A DNA stretch of 64,000 bases from a virus (IMGVR_UViG_3300042256_000013:224001-288000), one strand, 5' to 3'; counted from the first letter of the stretch, positions 40,810 through 52,329 are shown. The notes: generated by a model from the letters alone, not told the origin. Program-made: numbers and translations.

Positions 40810-41777
40810 TATAGACCTTCCATAAATTTTTTGTACTTGTTATTAATTGATTCGAAAATGTCCTCAACGGATTCATCATCTTCTTCTTCACTTTCATGTA
40901 CAAATGGATTGTCACCTAATGCAGTACCAGGTTGCTTACCTTTATAAGCATGTCGAGAATGTTGAATGCCATCGTCATCATAGAATTCAGGTTGTGGTTC
41001 AGTAGTTGCATCTTCTTGCATAGTTCTACGCCAGTAGAAAGCATTACCTTTAGGAACAACGATAAAGTTGTCACCTTCAAACCCATTAGTTTGACGTTGA
41101 CCATCGACTACACATTCATGTTCTGAACGGAATGGACCAAATTCTTTTTGAGAATCGGTTGCAATAGAATCTTCATCAAGAGATAAATCAGGAAGGAGAC
41201 TTTCAGAAACAGATTCGTCGGCATCTTCTTCAGCATCATCGCTGCTATCTGCGTCAACATCATCTGATTCATCGTCATCAACACTTTCGTGAATTCCAGC
41301 TAAGGACGACATACGACCCATATCAAAATCGTCATCACCAGTATATTCATCACCCATATCAGGAGAATCAAGACCGGGTTCTTCCATACCTAAACCGGGT
41401 TCTTCTGGTGAATCCAATCCACCCATAGAGCTTACACTATCATCCCCTGGGCTGTCAAGCGGTTCGTCACCAAAATCAGTCACGGAGCCAGCCAAATCGT
41501 TTACTGCTGAGCCTAACGCATCTTCACCAGCACCAGACATATCATCAGCACTTGGAGCCATATCAGGACTCATAATAGGTTGAGTTTCTGTATCACCACC
41601 CATACTATCTAAATCTAGTGGTGCAATAGAAGGAATTGAAGTCATTCCACCTAATTGAGAGGAACCACGTTCTGCTTGCCCTGCAAGAGCAAGCATACGA
41701 GATAGTGTATCAAGGTCACTAGATTCTAAACCTTGTACATCTATGCGAACAGATGCCTCATTAATTTGTTTTTTCAT
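40809..41777 (-). CDS. Acidic low-complexity protein, putative prohead core/internal protein
   Basis: INEA, IHES, IFES; RMLALAG and RMSSLAGI motifs. Confidence 0.5.
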   Translation of the reverse strand: MKKQINEASVRIDVQGLESSDLDTLSRMLALAGQAERGSSQLGGMTSIPSIAPLDLDSMGGDTETQPIMSPDMAPSADDMSGAGEDALGSAVNDLAGSVTDFGDEPLDSPGDDSVSSMGGLDSPEEPGLGMEEPGLDSPDMGDEYTGDDDFDMGRMSSLAGIHESVDDDESDDVDADSSDDAEEDADESVSESLLPDLSLDEDSIATDSQKEFGPFRSEHECVVDGQRQTNGFEGDNFIVVPKGNAFYWRRTMQEDATTEPQPEFYDDDGIQHSRHAYKGKQPGTALGDNPFVHESEEEDDESVEDIFESINNKYKKFMEGL

Positions 41778-41798
41778 AAGAACTAATTCCTTTTATAA

Positions 41799-43496
41799 TT
41801 AATCTTCAGTATTTAATGATTTTAAAATATCTGATGCTTCCTTTTGCTGACCAGAAAGTAGAATATCAGCAGCTAATAGTGACAAATCATCACCACGACT
41901 TAGTAGTACTACAATTTTACGAGCAAGAGGGCTTGATTTAATCTCATTAGCAAGTCCTTGCAATGGATCATTACCTTCCTGAGAATTTTCAGAAGAATTC
42001 TGTTCAGGTTGGTCTTCATTAGAACCAACGTTATCATTACTGTTAGTGTTATCAACTGACGCATCTTGCGGTTCACCTTGTGCATTATCTTGTTCAGAAC
42101 TTGCATCACCAGATGATTGTTGTGATAAATTTGATAATACTTTTTTGGACGTATCTGGTGGAAGTAATTTTCCATTATCAGAAATAAAACGTTCACCACC
42201 TACATAACGATAAGTAATACCTTTTTTAGATTTAAATTCTTGACCAATTTTTACTGGAGAAGAACTATTAAATTTAGAAATTTCTGATTGTGCAGTACGT
42301 TCCAACATCGGAACTGAAGAACTATTAATAGGCTGTTTTGTTTTAGCATTAAACCATTGACCATTTTTCTTAAAATAGCTATTACCTTTTCTGGATTTAT
42401 ACAAATATCCATTTGGAACTTCAGTACTGGAATTTTCTGGTTCAGAACTTTCAGAACTTGATGAATCTTGAGTTGGTTCTTCAGTTGAAGAAGCAGGTTG
42501 TTGATCATCTTGAGAAGTATTTGGCTTTGGATTAGAATCTGAATCTAAATTAGTATGATTATTAGCTGCATAATCATCTTCTGTATTATTTGATTTTGAA
42601 TCCTGCCACTCTTTATGTTTTTGAATAATTTTAGCAGTTTGTTCAGGAGATAATTTATTTCCTGATGCATCAAGAAAATCAGTACCATTGAACACATATA
42701 CTTTATTATTTTTGTCTTGAATACGTTGACCAACTTTAATAGTACTATTTGATGAAGAATTAGTTCCTTGAGAATTTGTTGAACTTGAATCATTTGAAGA
42801 TGGTTCAGATTGTTGTTTTTCAGCATTTGGATTTTCATCCAGCCAATCTTCAACTTTATTCAAAAACTTATCACTCATTCGTTTTCCATCATCGGAAACC
42901 CAATTCATACCAGTATAGGTATAAGTCTTACCACCATATTGAATAGTACTGTTAACTGGATAACGATCCTGATTATTATATTTTTCAATATCTTTTATAG
43001 CATCAGAATTCAAATCTGAACTAAATTGTTTATCAGTTATTTTACCTTCTGAACCATACCATGAATTATCTGACTTACTATAAGTATATTGACCATTAGG
43101 TAGATAAAATTTATCCGGTATAGAAACTTTAGAAGTGTCGCCACGAGTGAAATTTTGAAATGCTCCATTATCTGCTTCAACCAGCTTTTTAACACGAGTA
43201 TTCATACTTTCTGAAAGTAGTGTACCATCTAAAGAAAAATTATTACGACCGATATAAGTGTATTTCGATTCATTTATAGCATATTTCTTGCCGATTTGCA
43301 AGGAATTTGTTTCGTTATGTTCAGCAATTTGACGAAGTGCTGATTGATTCATTTTGAATGTATGAGCATTTTCTACAATCTTCATGGTTTCACAATTGAA
43401 CCATGAACCTTCGAGGTACATATATTCTGTACCTCTGTTGGACGTATACACATAATTATTTGGAATCGAATTGTTATTATCTATAGATTTAAACAT
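41799..43496 (-). CDS. Repeat-containing protein, putative internal virion protein
   Basis: About seven small aromatic beta repeats separated by S/N/Q-rich linkers; LSES, LVEA sites. Confidence 0.5.
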   Translation of the reverse strand: MFKSIDNNNSIPNNYVYTSNRGTEYMYLEGSWFNCETMKIVENAHTFKMNQSALRQIAEHNETNSLQIGKKYAINESKYTYIGRNNFSLDGTLLSESMNTRVKKLVEADNGAFQNFTRGDTSKVSIPDKFYLPNGQYTYSKSDNSWYGSEGKITDKQFSSDLNSDAIKDIEKYNNQDRYPVNSTIQYGGKTYTYTGMNWVSDDGKRMSDKFLNKVEDWLDENPNAEKQQSEPSSNDSSSTNSQGTNSSSNSTIKVGQRIQDKNNKVYVFNGTDFLDASGNKLSPEQTAKIIQKHKEWQDSKSNNTEDDYAANNHTNLDSDSNPKPNTSQDDQQPASSTEEPTQDSSSSESSEPENSSTEVPNGYLYKSRKGNSYFKKNGQWFNAKTKQPINSSSVPMLERTAQSEISKFNSSSPVKIGQEFKSKKGITYRYVGGERFISDNGKLLPPDTSKKVLSNLSQQSSGDASSEQDNAQGEPQDASVDNTNSNDNVGSNEDQPEQNSSENSQEGNDPLQGLANEIKSSPLARKIVVLLSRGDDLSLLAADILLSGQQKEASDILKSLNTED

Positions 43497-43508
43497 ATTC
43501 TTCTCCTA

Positions 43509-44075
43509 TTAAGAAATTAGTTTTAGTAGCTTAGCTCTATCAGCCGGAGATAGTGAGGAAAGACGACCTGAAATAGAAGATCCTGAATTTCCACCTTGTC
43601 CTTGACTTGGTTGTGGATTATTTTGTCCTTGACCTTGTGGCTGACCTTGTGAATTAGTACTACCTTGTTGTGGTTGATTAGTACTTCCACCTTGTTGCTG
43701 ATTACCATAGTCAGTATTTTGCTTTTGTACAGCTTTCATTAATGCTGCACCAACATCTTTAGGAACAAAAGAACGACGTTGATTATTACCTAAGAAAGAT
43801 GTATCAAGGTTATTACCGTTAAAAAATGCTGCTACATCTGCATATGGTACTGATTGTGGATGTGAACCATATTTACGTCCAATATAACGTTTAAAGTCAC
43901 TCCATAGTTGGTTTGCCATTTGTCCAGTTTCTTGAGCACCTTGCTCAACTTGTCCTGAACCAAACATTCCTTTTACTTTACCTTTCGCCGAATCAATTGC
44001 TGATTGTGTACGGCTATAAGGACGTTCATTTAATGGTTCTGGTTGACCATCAAACATTTCTTCTAAAATACTCAT
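43509..44075 (-). CDS. Gln/Gly-rich protein, putative internal virion protein
   Basis: ILEE, LNER near N-terminus; QG-rich C-terminal linker. Confidence 0.45.
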   Translation of the reverse strand: MSILEEMFDGQPEPLNERPYSRTQSAIDSAKGKVKGMFGSGQVEQGAQETGQMANQLWSDFKRYIGRKYGSHPQSVPYADVAAFFNGNNLDTSFLGNNQRRSFVPKDVGAALMKAVQKQNTDYGNQQQGGSTNQPQQGSTNSQGQPQGQGQNNPQPSQGQGGNSGSSISGRLSSLSPADRAKLLKLIS

Positions 44076-44077
44076 AA

Positions 44078-44617
44078 TTACCCCTTCTTACCGAAGCCAG
44101 CAGACATATATTCTGCGTATGATTTTTTCTTGGTACTGTCAATTGCATCTTTCACTGCTTTATCAGCACGACCTTGACCGCCAAGTTCTTCAGCATTTAC
44201 TTCTGGAACTTCTTTATAGTCAGGATCTAAAAGACGTGGTTCATATTCATCAAATTTAATATCATCTTCAAAATCAGCAAGTTCTTCTTGATATGGATCA
44301 AGATTATCACGAACGTGAATTAGTGATTCTGACCAGCTTAGTAGATTTCCAATTTCATATAGTAAAATTTGAGGTTGTACACCACGATTACATTTAAAAT
44401 CGAACATCCAAATTTCACCACAATCTAGATTATAAAAATCCGTTGGGCGATCTTGGAAAATTGTTTTCTTCATTGGACCCACTTCAAAAGCATCATATCG
44501 GTCAGTAAGTCGAGTAACAACTTTATGCAATTCTTCGGAGCTTGGCTCACACGCAAATTTTACACGGTATGAATATTCTGGAGTAAGATCTGTTAAAATT
44601 TTCTGTAATTTATTCAT
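44078..44617 (-). CDS. Hypothetical protein, probably virion-associated
   Basis: 179 aa; GGAG RBS; Y.YRVKFA motif; late block. Confidence 0.5.
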   Translation of the reverse strand: MNKLQKILTDLTPEYSYRVKFACEPSSEELHKVVTRLTDRYDAFEVGPMKKTIFQDRPTDFYNLDCGEIWMFDFKCNRGVQPQILLYEIGNLLSWSESLIHVRDNLDPYQEELADFEDDIKFDEYEPRLLDPDYKEVPEVNAEELGGQGRADKAVKDAIDSTKKKSYAEYMSAGFGKKG

Positions 44618-44644
44618 GTTAACTCCGAGTCACAGTATTTTATT

Positions 44645-45217
44645 TTATTTATTCTTATTCATAGAAGCAAGCATCTCATTTCGAGACTTTACTGCTACTA
44701 CCTTCTCACCTTCAATTGCATTAGGATCATAATTATCACTAATTGCTTGTTGGTTTTTAGGTTTCTGATTAAGTTCAATTTCCATCTTATCTTTCTTGAT
44801 TTGCATGTCAATTAACTTAATATCGGAGTCAATAACTTTAGCATGAGCATCTAAAGCAATTTTCAACATAGCATTTGCAGCATTAATCATTTCTGATGCA
44901 AATCTATCTTCGCAATTAAAAGCACGGTCGAAAATATCTTCAAATCTATCTTCAGCCATTTTTGCCAATCTATCTAAATGGGATTTACGATTGGTAATAT
45001 CTGGAATATCCTTTAGTTGTTCACGATATTCTTTAAGTTGACTCATTGAACGACGAGCATTTTCAATTTCAGGACGACCCATAAGTTCAGTACTTTCATC
45101 GTCATCTTCATCATCATTATAAAAATCATCTTCATTATAATCATCACCAAGTAGTTTTTTTAAGTCATCAGAACTTGGAAGTCCTAATGCTTCTTCTACA
45201 CCACGTTTAGCTTTCAT
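44645..45217 (-). CDS. Hypothetical helical protein (possible packaging/small-terminase-like)
   Basis: Coiled-coil with C-terminal SRNEML; next to head completion gene; function is a guess. Confidence 0.35.
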   Translation of the reverse strand: MKAKRGVEEALGLPSSDDLKKLLGDDYNEDDFYNDDEDDDESTELMGRPEIENARRSMSQLKEYREQLKDIPDITNRKSHLDRLAKMAEDRFEDIFDRAFNCEDRFASEMINAANAMLKIALDAHAKVIDSDIKLIDMQIKKDKMEIELNQKPKNQQAISDNYDPNAIEGEKVVAVKSRNEMLASMNKNK

Positions 45218-45218
45218 A

Positions 45219-46774
<1,556 letters not shown>

Positions 46775-46784
46775 TTAGTACCCC

Positions 46785-47558
46785 TTATATTGCTGTACTA
46801 CCAAAAATTCTATCAATAATATCTAAAGTACTATTAACATCATCTGGAAGAAGTGAACTAATTTTATCAGAATACATTTCTTCGATCATATCGTATTGTA
46901 CGCAGTTATCTGGTTTAATTGTTAACTTAATAGTAATAAACTGAGAAGAACCATAATCTAATGAATCCCACTCAATATCAGTAATAACACATCCGTACAA
47001 AACCCAACGGTCTATAGTACTTAAAGCATTATAGCCATTTCCACCAACGAAATCGTCAATAGCATTAACAAGGCCAGCGTTATTTGTAATTGCGGTAGCT
47101 GCATCCACGGCTGTATCACGTAAAAGATTATTCACGGAATCTTCAGGGTTCGCACCACCTGTTGTTTCAATCATCATACGGAATTTATATCCAGCATATT
47201 GCTGTTCTGATTTTGCAGAAATTCTACGTTGAAAATCGAGTTGTTTCTGTAGTTGACGAATAATAGATTTAGCTACTTTATTGTCAACTGCATCACGAAT
47301 TGTAAGAGTAATAGGTTTCCAATCCCAACGACCCACATATGAGGTATTAGTACCGAACATTTTCACTTGGTGCGTTTCAAAAGAAATACTTGGACGATCA
47401 ACGTCATTAACTTCTAAAGCTACATGATCTTTTTCATCAATATCTGTTCCGAAGTTGTATACAACTACACGAAACTTATATTTAACTTTAGGTTGACTCA
47501 TTGTTCGGTTTGCACCACTTGGTAGAGGAACACCATACTTATCCATCATTGTTGCCAT
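46785..47558 (-). CDS. Tail tube protein paralog, gp19-like
   Basis: DKYGVP..QPKVKYKFRV, WKPITLTIRD, W.LYGC.I, LDY.SS. Confidence 0.75.
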   Translation of the reverse strand: MATMMDKYGVPLPSGANRTMSQPKVKYKFRVVVYNFGTDIDEKDHVALEVNDVDRPSISFETHQVKMFGTNTSYVGRWDWKPITLTIRDAVDNKVAKSIIRQLQKQLDFQRRISAKSEQQYAGYKFRMMIETTGGANPEDSVNNLLRDTAVDAATAITNNAGLVNAIDDFVGGNGYNALSTIDRWVLYGCVITDIEWDSLDYGSSQFITIKLTIKPDNCVQYDMIEEMYSDKISSLLPDDVNSTLDIIDRIFGSTAI

Positions 47559-47605
47559 TTATATTTTCCCCTATTTAATATGGAATGTATATTATATTTA
47601 GCAAT

Positions 47606-47632
47606 AAAAAAAGCCCTGAACAAGTCCAGGGC
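47606..47632 (-). terminator. Intrinsic terminator after tail tube
   Basis: GCCCTG/CAGGGC stem with A7 on + strand. Confidence 0.7.
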
Positions 47633-47639
47633 ATAAGTA

Positions 47640-48329
47640 TTATTGTCCTTCGTAGAAGTTAGAATCTGATAAGGTATCAGAACTAATTGAAGTTTGACCG
47701 TTAGTAATAGATACTGCATTTTCAGGAGTACCAGTACCAGCGACTTCATCACCAAGAGGTTGACCTTCTGGTCCAACTATTACACAACCATCAGGTTGTA
47801 CAGTCATGGTAATTACTTGAGCTTCTGAGCTTGAATAATCCCAATCACCGAAATTAGAATCGGTAATGAAACATCCTTGACAGATCCAAGTATGTAGTGT
47901 GCCTTCATAAAGGTTTGTTAGGTTGTCTGAGTTAGAACCATCTAATGCTTGAATCCACATTTCGAACTTATACTGAGAAGCAGTAGTACGAGACTCTTGA
48001 GAGTAGTAGTTAAATTCTTTACGCATTTGGTTCCAAAGTGCTTTTAGAGAAAGGTTTCCTACAGAATCACGAAAAGCGATTTCAATAGTATTCCATTTAT
48101 ATTTCCCTTTAAAGAACGCAGAACTGTTGTAACTATGAACTTGAATTGGTTCATGTTCAACATGTGGAGTACCAACAGTGTTAGTATCCAAAGTAATATA
48201 GGTTCCATCCTCAGTATTACCGAATCCGAAGAATACTACACGGAAACGATATTTAGGCTTAGGTTGTTTCATTGGAGCACGAGAGCCACCAGTGATTGGA
48301 ACGCCATATTTATCCAGTAAATTTGCCAT
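47640..48329 (-). CDS. Tail tube protein, gp19-like
   Basis: DKYGVP..QPKPKYRFRV, GKYKWNTIEIAFRD, WICQGCFI, DYSSS; TATAAATA upstream. Confidence 0.8.
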   Translation of the reverse strand: MANLLDKYGVPITGGSRAPMKQPKPKYRFRVVFFGFGNTEDGTYITLDTNTVGTPHVEHEPIQVHSYNSSAFFKGKYKWNTIEIAFRDSVGNLSLKALWNQMRKEFNYYSQESRTTASQYKFEMWIQALDGSNSDNLTNLYEGTLHTWICQGCFITDSNFGDWDYSSSEAQVITMTVQPDGCVIVGPEGQPLGDEVAGTGTPENAVSITNGQTSISSDTLSDSNFYEGQ

Positions 48330-48367
48330 TATTAATCTCCCAATAATTTAAGGAATAATCTTTAATG

Positions 48368-48375
48368 TATTTATA
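48368..48375 (-). promoter_or_regulatory. Late promoter TATAAATA (tail tube)
   Basis: Full T4 late consensus; related minus-strand sites at 47595, 48853, 51610, 52615, 53440. Confidence 0.75.
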
Positions 48376-48384
48376 AAGTTTTTA

Positions 48385-48825
48385 TCATTCCTCAACATCA
48401 TTAGTGCCTTCACCATAATTACCAGATATTTTAAGTTTAATTTTTACACGGTCGGAACTAGAATAACTAAGAGCCATTGAAATTTCATAAATTGTAAAAT
48501 TATGAACATGTATTGTTTTAATAACATCACCCGCATTATCTAGTTGTTCAATTTTTATCTTTTTACCTTCAGATGAATATGTTGCTAAATCATTAAATGT
48601 ATCATTTCTCATATCATCTTCTACCACAATGGTAAGATCAATAAAACTAAAAGGGAAGAATGAAGCAGGACCAGATGTATATTTTAAATTAACAGAATCG
48701 GCATGGAATGTTACTTGTGGTAAATCTTCTATATGTAAAATAAATCTCCATTGTGGACTTGGTTCTTTTACCGATTTTCTACCACCAGGTGTAGGAACTC
48801 CGTATTTGTCAGTTAAATCACTCAT
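48385..48825 (-). CDS. Short divergent tail tube paralog
   Basis: DKYGVP N-terminus, IEQLDNAG, LSYSSSD; directly after sheath. Confidence 0.6.
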   Translation of the reverse strand: MSDLTDKYGVPTPGGRKSVKEPSPQWRFILHIEDLPQVTFHADSVNLKYTSGPASFFPFSFIDLTIVVEDDMRNDTFNDLATYSSEGKKIKIEQLDNAGDVIKTIHVHNFTIYEISMALSYSSSDRVKIKLKISGNYGEGTNDVEE

Positions 48826-48867
48826 TGTTAATCTCCATAAAGTTGTTTGAACTATTTATGAGATAAA

Positions 48868-48898
48868 CAAAAAAGAAAAGGGAGCCATCGGCTCCCTT
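48868..48898 (-). terminator. Intrinsic terminator after sheath
   Basis: GGGAGCC-ATC-GGCTCCC stem with A runs. Confidence 0.8.
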
Positions 48899-48908
48899 AA
48901 TTGTTTAA

Positions 48909-51563
48909 TTAAGATGTTAAACTGTTTTCCAAACGGATTGGAATATAGATAAAGTTAATTGAACGAGTTGGTACAAGTGCAATATCCATCCACAATTCAT
49001 TCGCATTGATACGAGCAGTTGTGTTGTTTGATTCGTCACAAACTACTAGGAAATCGTATAGACCGTTTAGTTGAACAATTTCAGCTAAGAAACTGTTAAC
49101 TGCTGAAGTAAACTCTTGACGAGTACTTGCAGTGTTTAAACGGAATAAGAACGGTTCAGCTAGTACTGATAATTGTGTACGAATATAAACTACAAGACGA
49201 GCAACGTTTACACGACTTAGTGCAGATGTGTCATCAGCAGCTAAAGTTTTATCTCCGTAAACAAGTAATCCACGGTTCGGACGCATAGCAATTGGGTTAA
49301 TCTTGTTAACATACATGGTATCACGTTGACCTTGGTTATATACTACTGGAGCATATTCACCTTCATCGTTAATGTAACCAATACTTGCTGCGTTACTTAC
49401 AACACCACGTGAAGTACCTGCTGGTGGATACCATACATAACTTACGCTATCGCTATAAGCATAGGTACGCATTGCAATAGTACTACCAGGTACTGCAACT
49501 TCTGAACCATCAACGTTAGTTCCAAGACCCCAACCCATATACTGAGCAGCATATGAATAAGCAGTTACACGACCAACATCACCATTAGATGGTGCATTGT
49601 TTGCATTAGTTGCCCAAGCTTGAACATCAGTAGCATTTGGTGCTAGACGTGCTGGAACATCAGTAACAATGAAAGCAGTTTCTTTACGGTCAGTGTTTAA
49701 AGTTACAAGTTCATCAAGTAATTCTACATAACCTGGAACACACATTAAGTTAAACTGAACACTTTCTGCACGAATGTCTTCGTTAGAAACAACAACAGAT
49801 GCAAGAGCTTCAACAATGATATTACGTTGAGCAGCACGACCAAATAGGCCAGAACCATCAAGAGCAACACCACTGGCAACAGTCCAGATTCCATCTTTCA
49901 TCAATTTAACAACACCTTCTGTAGTTCCTAAGTCTACAGCAAGCATACCATTTTGATACAATTCAGCAGCAGGAACATTACCAGTAGTAAAGTCATCGAA
50001 GATCATACCATTTAAAGTACTTTGGTCAGTACTGTCAAGTTTAGTCCATGTTCCACTAACGTTACGATAGAACACATATCCATCAACACCTTGTGATAGT
50101 GGTTGTACCCAAAAATCACGGTCTGCTGCTGGTTCGTCAAGTTGAACGTACATGTTAGTTTCAGGATCAATAGCATCCCATGTATCAGTACTAACGTTCG
50201 CAACATATAGACCCACTGTTAATGAATCAGAGTTGCTAAAGTTATACCAGTAAGTACCATTAGCTGCCTGAGCAGTTGGAGTAGTTGAACTTACACGTAG
50301 ATTTGCATTGTTTACTTGAACGTAGTTGCTTGAATCTACAGTCAATTTAGCCAAATCAATGGTATTAAAGATTTGTTGTCCAGTACTTGTAGTTTGGAAA
50401 CTATAACCATTTTTATTTGTTACAACAAGAGCATTTGTACCAGTGAAAGTAAATCCAGCGTTAATCAAATCAGCACTTTTGTTTAAATTAGTGATTAGTG
50501 TAGCAGTATTAATTACTTCACCAGAATTCACTGCAACAACAGTATAAGACTTATTCAAGAACTTAATAGTCAATGATCCAGCAGCAGATGCTACTTGGCT
50601 TGAAGATTGTCCAATTGGTGTTGCTGGAGCACTAACAGATGCGATAGAACCAGCTTTGGTATAAAGAGTAAAACTCTTACTATCTTCATCAAATAGAGCA
50701 CCGAAATAGGTGTTATCGAAAGTTGCAGATTTAGCTTCAATTTCATAGAAACTGTTACCAGTCCAAACATTAACTTCAGTCCAAACAGAGGTTAGAGACG
50801 CATAACGTTTCATAACAAAGCGAGTACCAAAGTAATTAGAACCATTTTTAGTATAACCATCACGAATCCAGATATTTCCTTTTTCTACTGTTACACCAGT
50901 TGGTACTTTATTAATTGGAGACAAGTATGTTTCTACTTGAACAAGACCAGCCGCTTCGTACTTATACATTAGCATTTGTCCATTCGATGGGTTATGGCGT
51001 AGTACTAAATCGTCTACATTTAAACCTGAAGTATCAACATCATCAATGTCTGCTGCACTTACGATTGTAACAGTTTTCACTGTCCAGTCATAAAAACTTT
51101 GTGGGTTGTCAATTGAAGCTACATATGCTTCAATTTGGGTTGCACTTGTATCTAGCCATAATGTACCATTGGATACTGGACCAGTTGGAGCAGTTCCGGA
51201 AGGAGCTAGTTGTGCTAGGTCAATATCAGCACGAACAACATAAGCTCGGTTTGCGATACCCATGTAGCTATATAATGCATGAAGACCATATTCGTTTAGT
51301 TCATCGCCTTGAACTACAGATCCATTACTTGATTGAAAAATAGGTGATCCGTAAGTTTCAAGAGCATTTCTTTGCGATGTAATAAGTTTTAGCGTACCAG
51401 CGTTCGCTTTAGTTGTACCTGTAGCTACAGAAGTACTGCCTGTCACAAGTTTATCTTGTGCTGTCGCAATGACAAACAAAGGCACTGTTCCGTTACCACT
51501 AGTAGGACTAATAGTCTCGTCGGTAACTGTTACACTTACACCAGGTGATAGTAAATCAGCCAT
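48909..51563 (-). CDS. Tail sheath protein, gp18-like
   Basis: SPGVSV...DE, W.PPAG..RG, QRDTMYVNKINPI, RVNVARL, VVCDESNNT, PTRSINFIYI. Confidence 0.95.
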   Translation of the reverse strand: MADLLSPGVSVTVTDETISPTSGNGTVPLFVIATAQDKLVTGSTSVATGTTKANAGTLKLITSQRNALETYGSPIFQSSNGSVVQGDELNEYGLHALYSYMGIANRAYVVRADIDLAQLAPSGTAPTGPVSNGTLWLDTSATQIEAYVASIDNPQSFYDWTVKTVTIVSAADIDDVDTSGLNVDDLVLRHNPSNGQMLMYKYEAAGLVQVETYLSPINKVPTGVTVEKGNIWIRDGYTKNGSNYFGTRFVMKRYASLTSVWTEVNVWTGNSFYEIEAKSATFDNTYFGALFDEDSKSFTLYTKAGSIASVSAPATPIGQSSSQVASAAGSLTIKFLNKSYTVVAVNSGEVINTATLITNLNKSADLINAGFTFTGTNALVVTNKNGYSFQTTSTGQQIFNTIDLAKLTVDSSNYVQVNNANLRVSSTTPTAQAANGTYWYNFSNSDSLTVGLYVANVSTDTWDAIDPETNMYVQLDEPAADRDFWVQPLSQGVDGYVFYRNVSGTWTKLDSTDQSTLNGMIFDDFTTGNVPAAELYQNGMLAVDLGTTEGVVKLMKDGIWTVASGVALDGSGLFGRAAQRNIIVEALASVVVSNEDIRAESVQFNLMCVPGYVELLDELVTLNTDRKETAFIVTDVPARLAPNATDVQAWATNANNAPSNGDVGRVTAYSYAAQYMGWGLGTNVDGSEVAVPGSTIAMRTYAYSDSVSYVWYPPAGTSRGVVSNAASIGYINDEGEYAPVVYNQGQRDTMYVNKINPIAMRPNRGLLVYGDKTLAADDTSALSRVNVARLVVYIRTQLSVLAEPFLFRLNTASTRQEFTSAVNSFLAEIVQLNGLYDFLVVCDESNNTTARINANELWMDIALVPTRSINFIYIPIRLENSLTS

Positions 51564-51649
51564 TTAATCCTCCAAAAATTTTGGGTTTATTCGAATATTC
51601 GTATAATGTTATTTATTCGAGGATTAAATCTTATGTGGTTAAAGTAAAG

Positions 51650-52294
51650 TTACTTGATGATATTGCTTAGAATGGTATAAGCTTGAGAATGTAATGAATC
51701 TATAGTACTGTTATTTTCTACGATATAATCAGGACGATTAATTCCAACCCAGCCATATTCAGATGAATGAATACCGTTTAATTCAATTGGTAGCCCTAAA
51801 CCTTCAATTCCAGATTCTGCAAGTAAGTTATGTTTAAAGGCATAGTGATACCAGGTTGGAAGTACTCTCTGTACCTCAATAATAGTACCGGAGTTCTCAC
51901 GAATCATTTTTAATTCATTTGGAAAACGACAATCAGTGATAATTACTCGGTCATGTGGAAGATTACGGATCTTATTTTCTGCTGCGAAGACCCAAATATT
52001 ATCGTGGAAGTGACGACGAAGGACATCAGTACCGAGATTTTGAAGTACCCAGCGTGGAGTTACATCTTTACCCAATTTACTTGACCAGTACTCGTCCGGC
52101 TGTTCACGAATTTTACGTGCTTCGTCGGTAGTACCTTCTAACATTTCACGATCCCAACCAAAAATAGCTGCTACCGCATCTTTTAGTGTTTCTGCGAATG
52201 ATACTCTATAAAAACCATTGTCGATAAAAACTTGAGAAAATGTATCTTTACCTGAACCGATAGTTCCATTAATTGCTACTAATTTACGTTCCAT
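51650..52294 (-). CDS. Deoxynucleoside monophosphate kinase, gp1-like
   Basis: GTIGSGKDT, SFAETLKD, PRWVLQNLGTD, ITDCRFPNE. Confidence 0.9.
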   Translation of the reverse strand: MERKLVAINGTIGSGKDTFSQVFIDNGFYRVSFAETLKDAVAAIFGWDREMLEGTTDEARKIREQPDEYWSSKLGKDVTPRWVLQNLGTDVLRRHFHDNIWVFAAENKIRNLPHDRVIITDCRFPNELKMIRENSGTIIEVQRVLPTWYHYAFKHNLLAESGIEGLGLPIELNGIHSSEYGWVGINRPDYIVENNSTIDSLHSQAYTILSNIIK

Positions 52295-52329
52295 GTTTGT
52301 GTTTCCTTTAAACGAAAAAAGGAAGAACC

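Noticed and set aside
47556-48375. RBS-lock hairpins at the two main tube genes (also checked at 1868 and 5411)
   Set aside because: Only weak, mismatch-rich pairings; not counted among the six locks.
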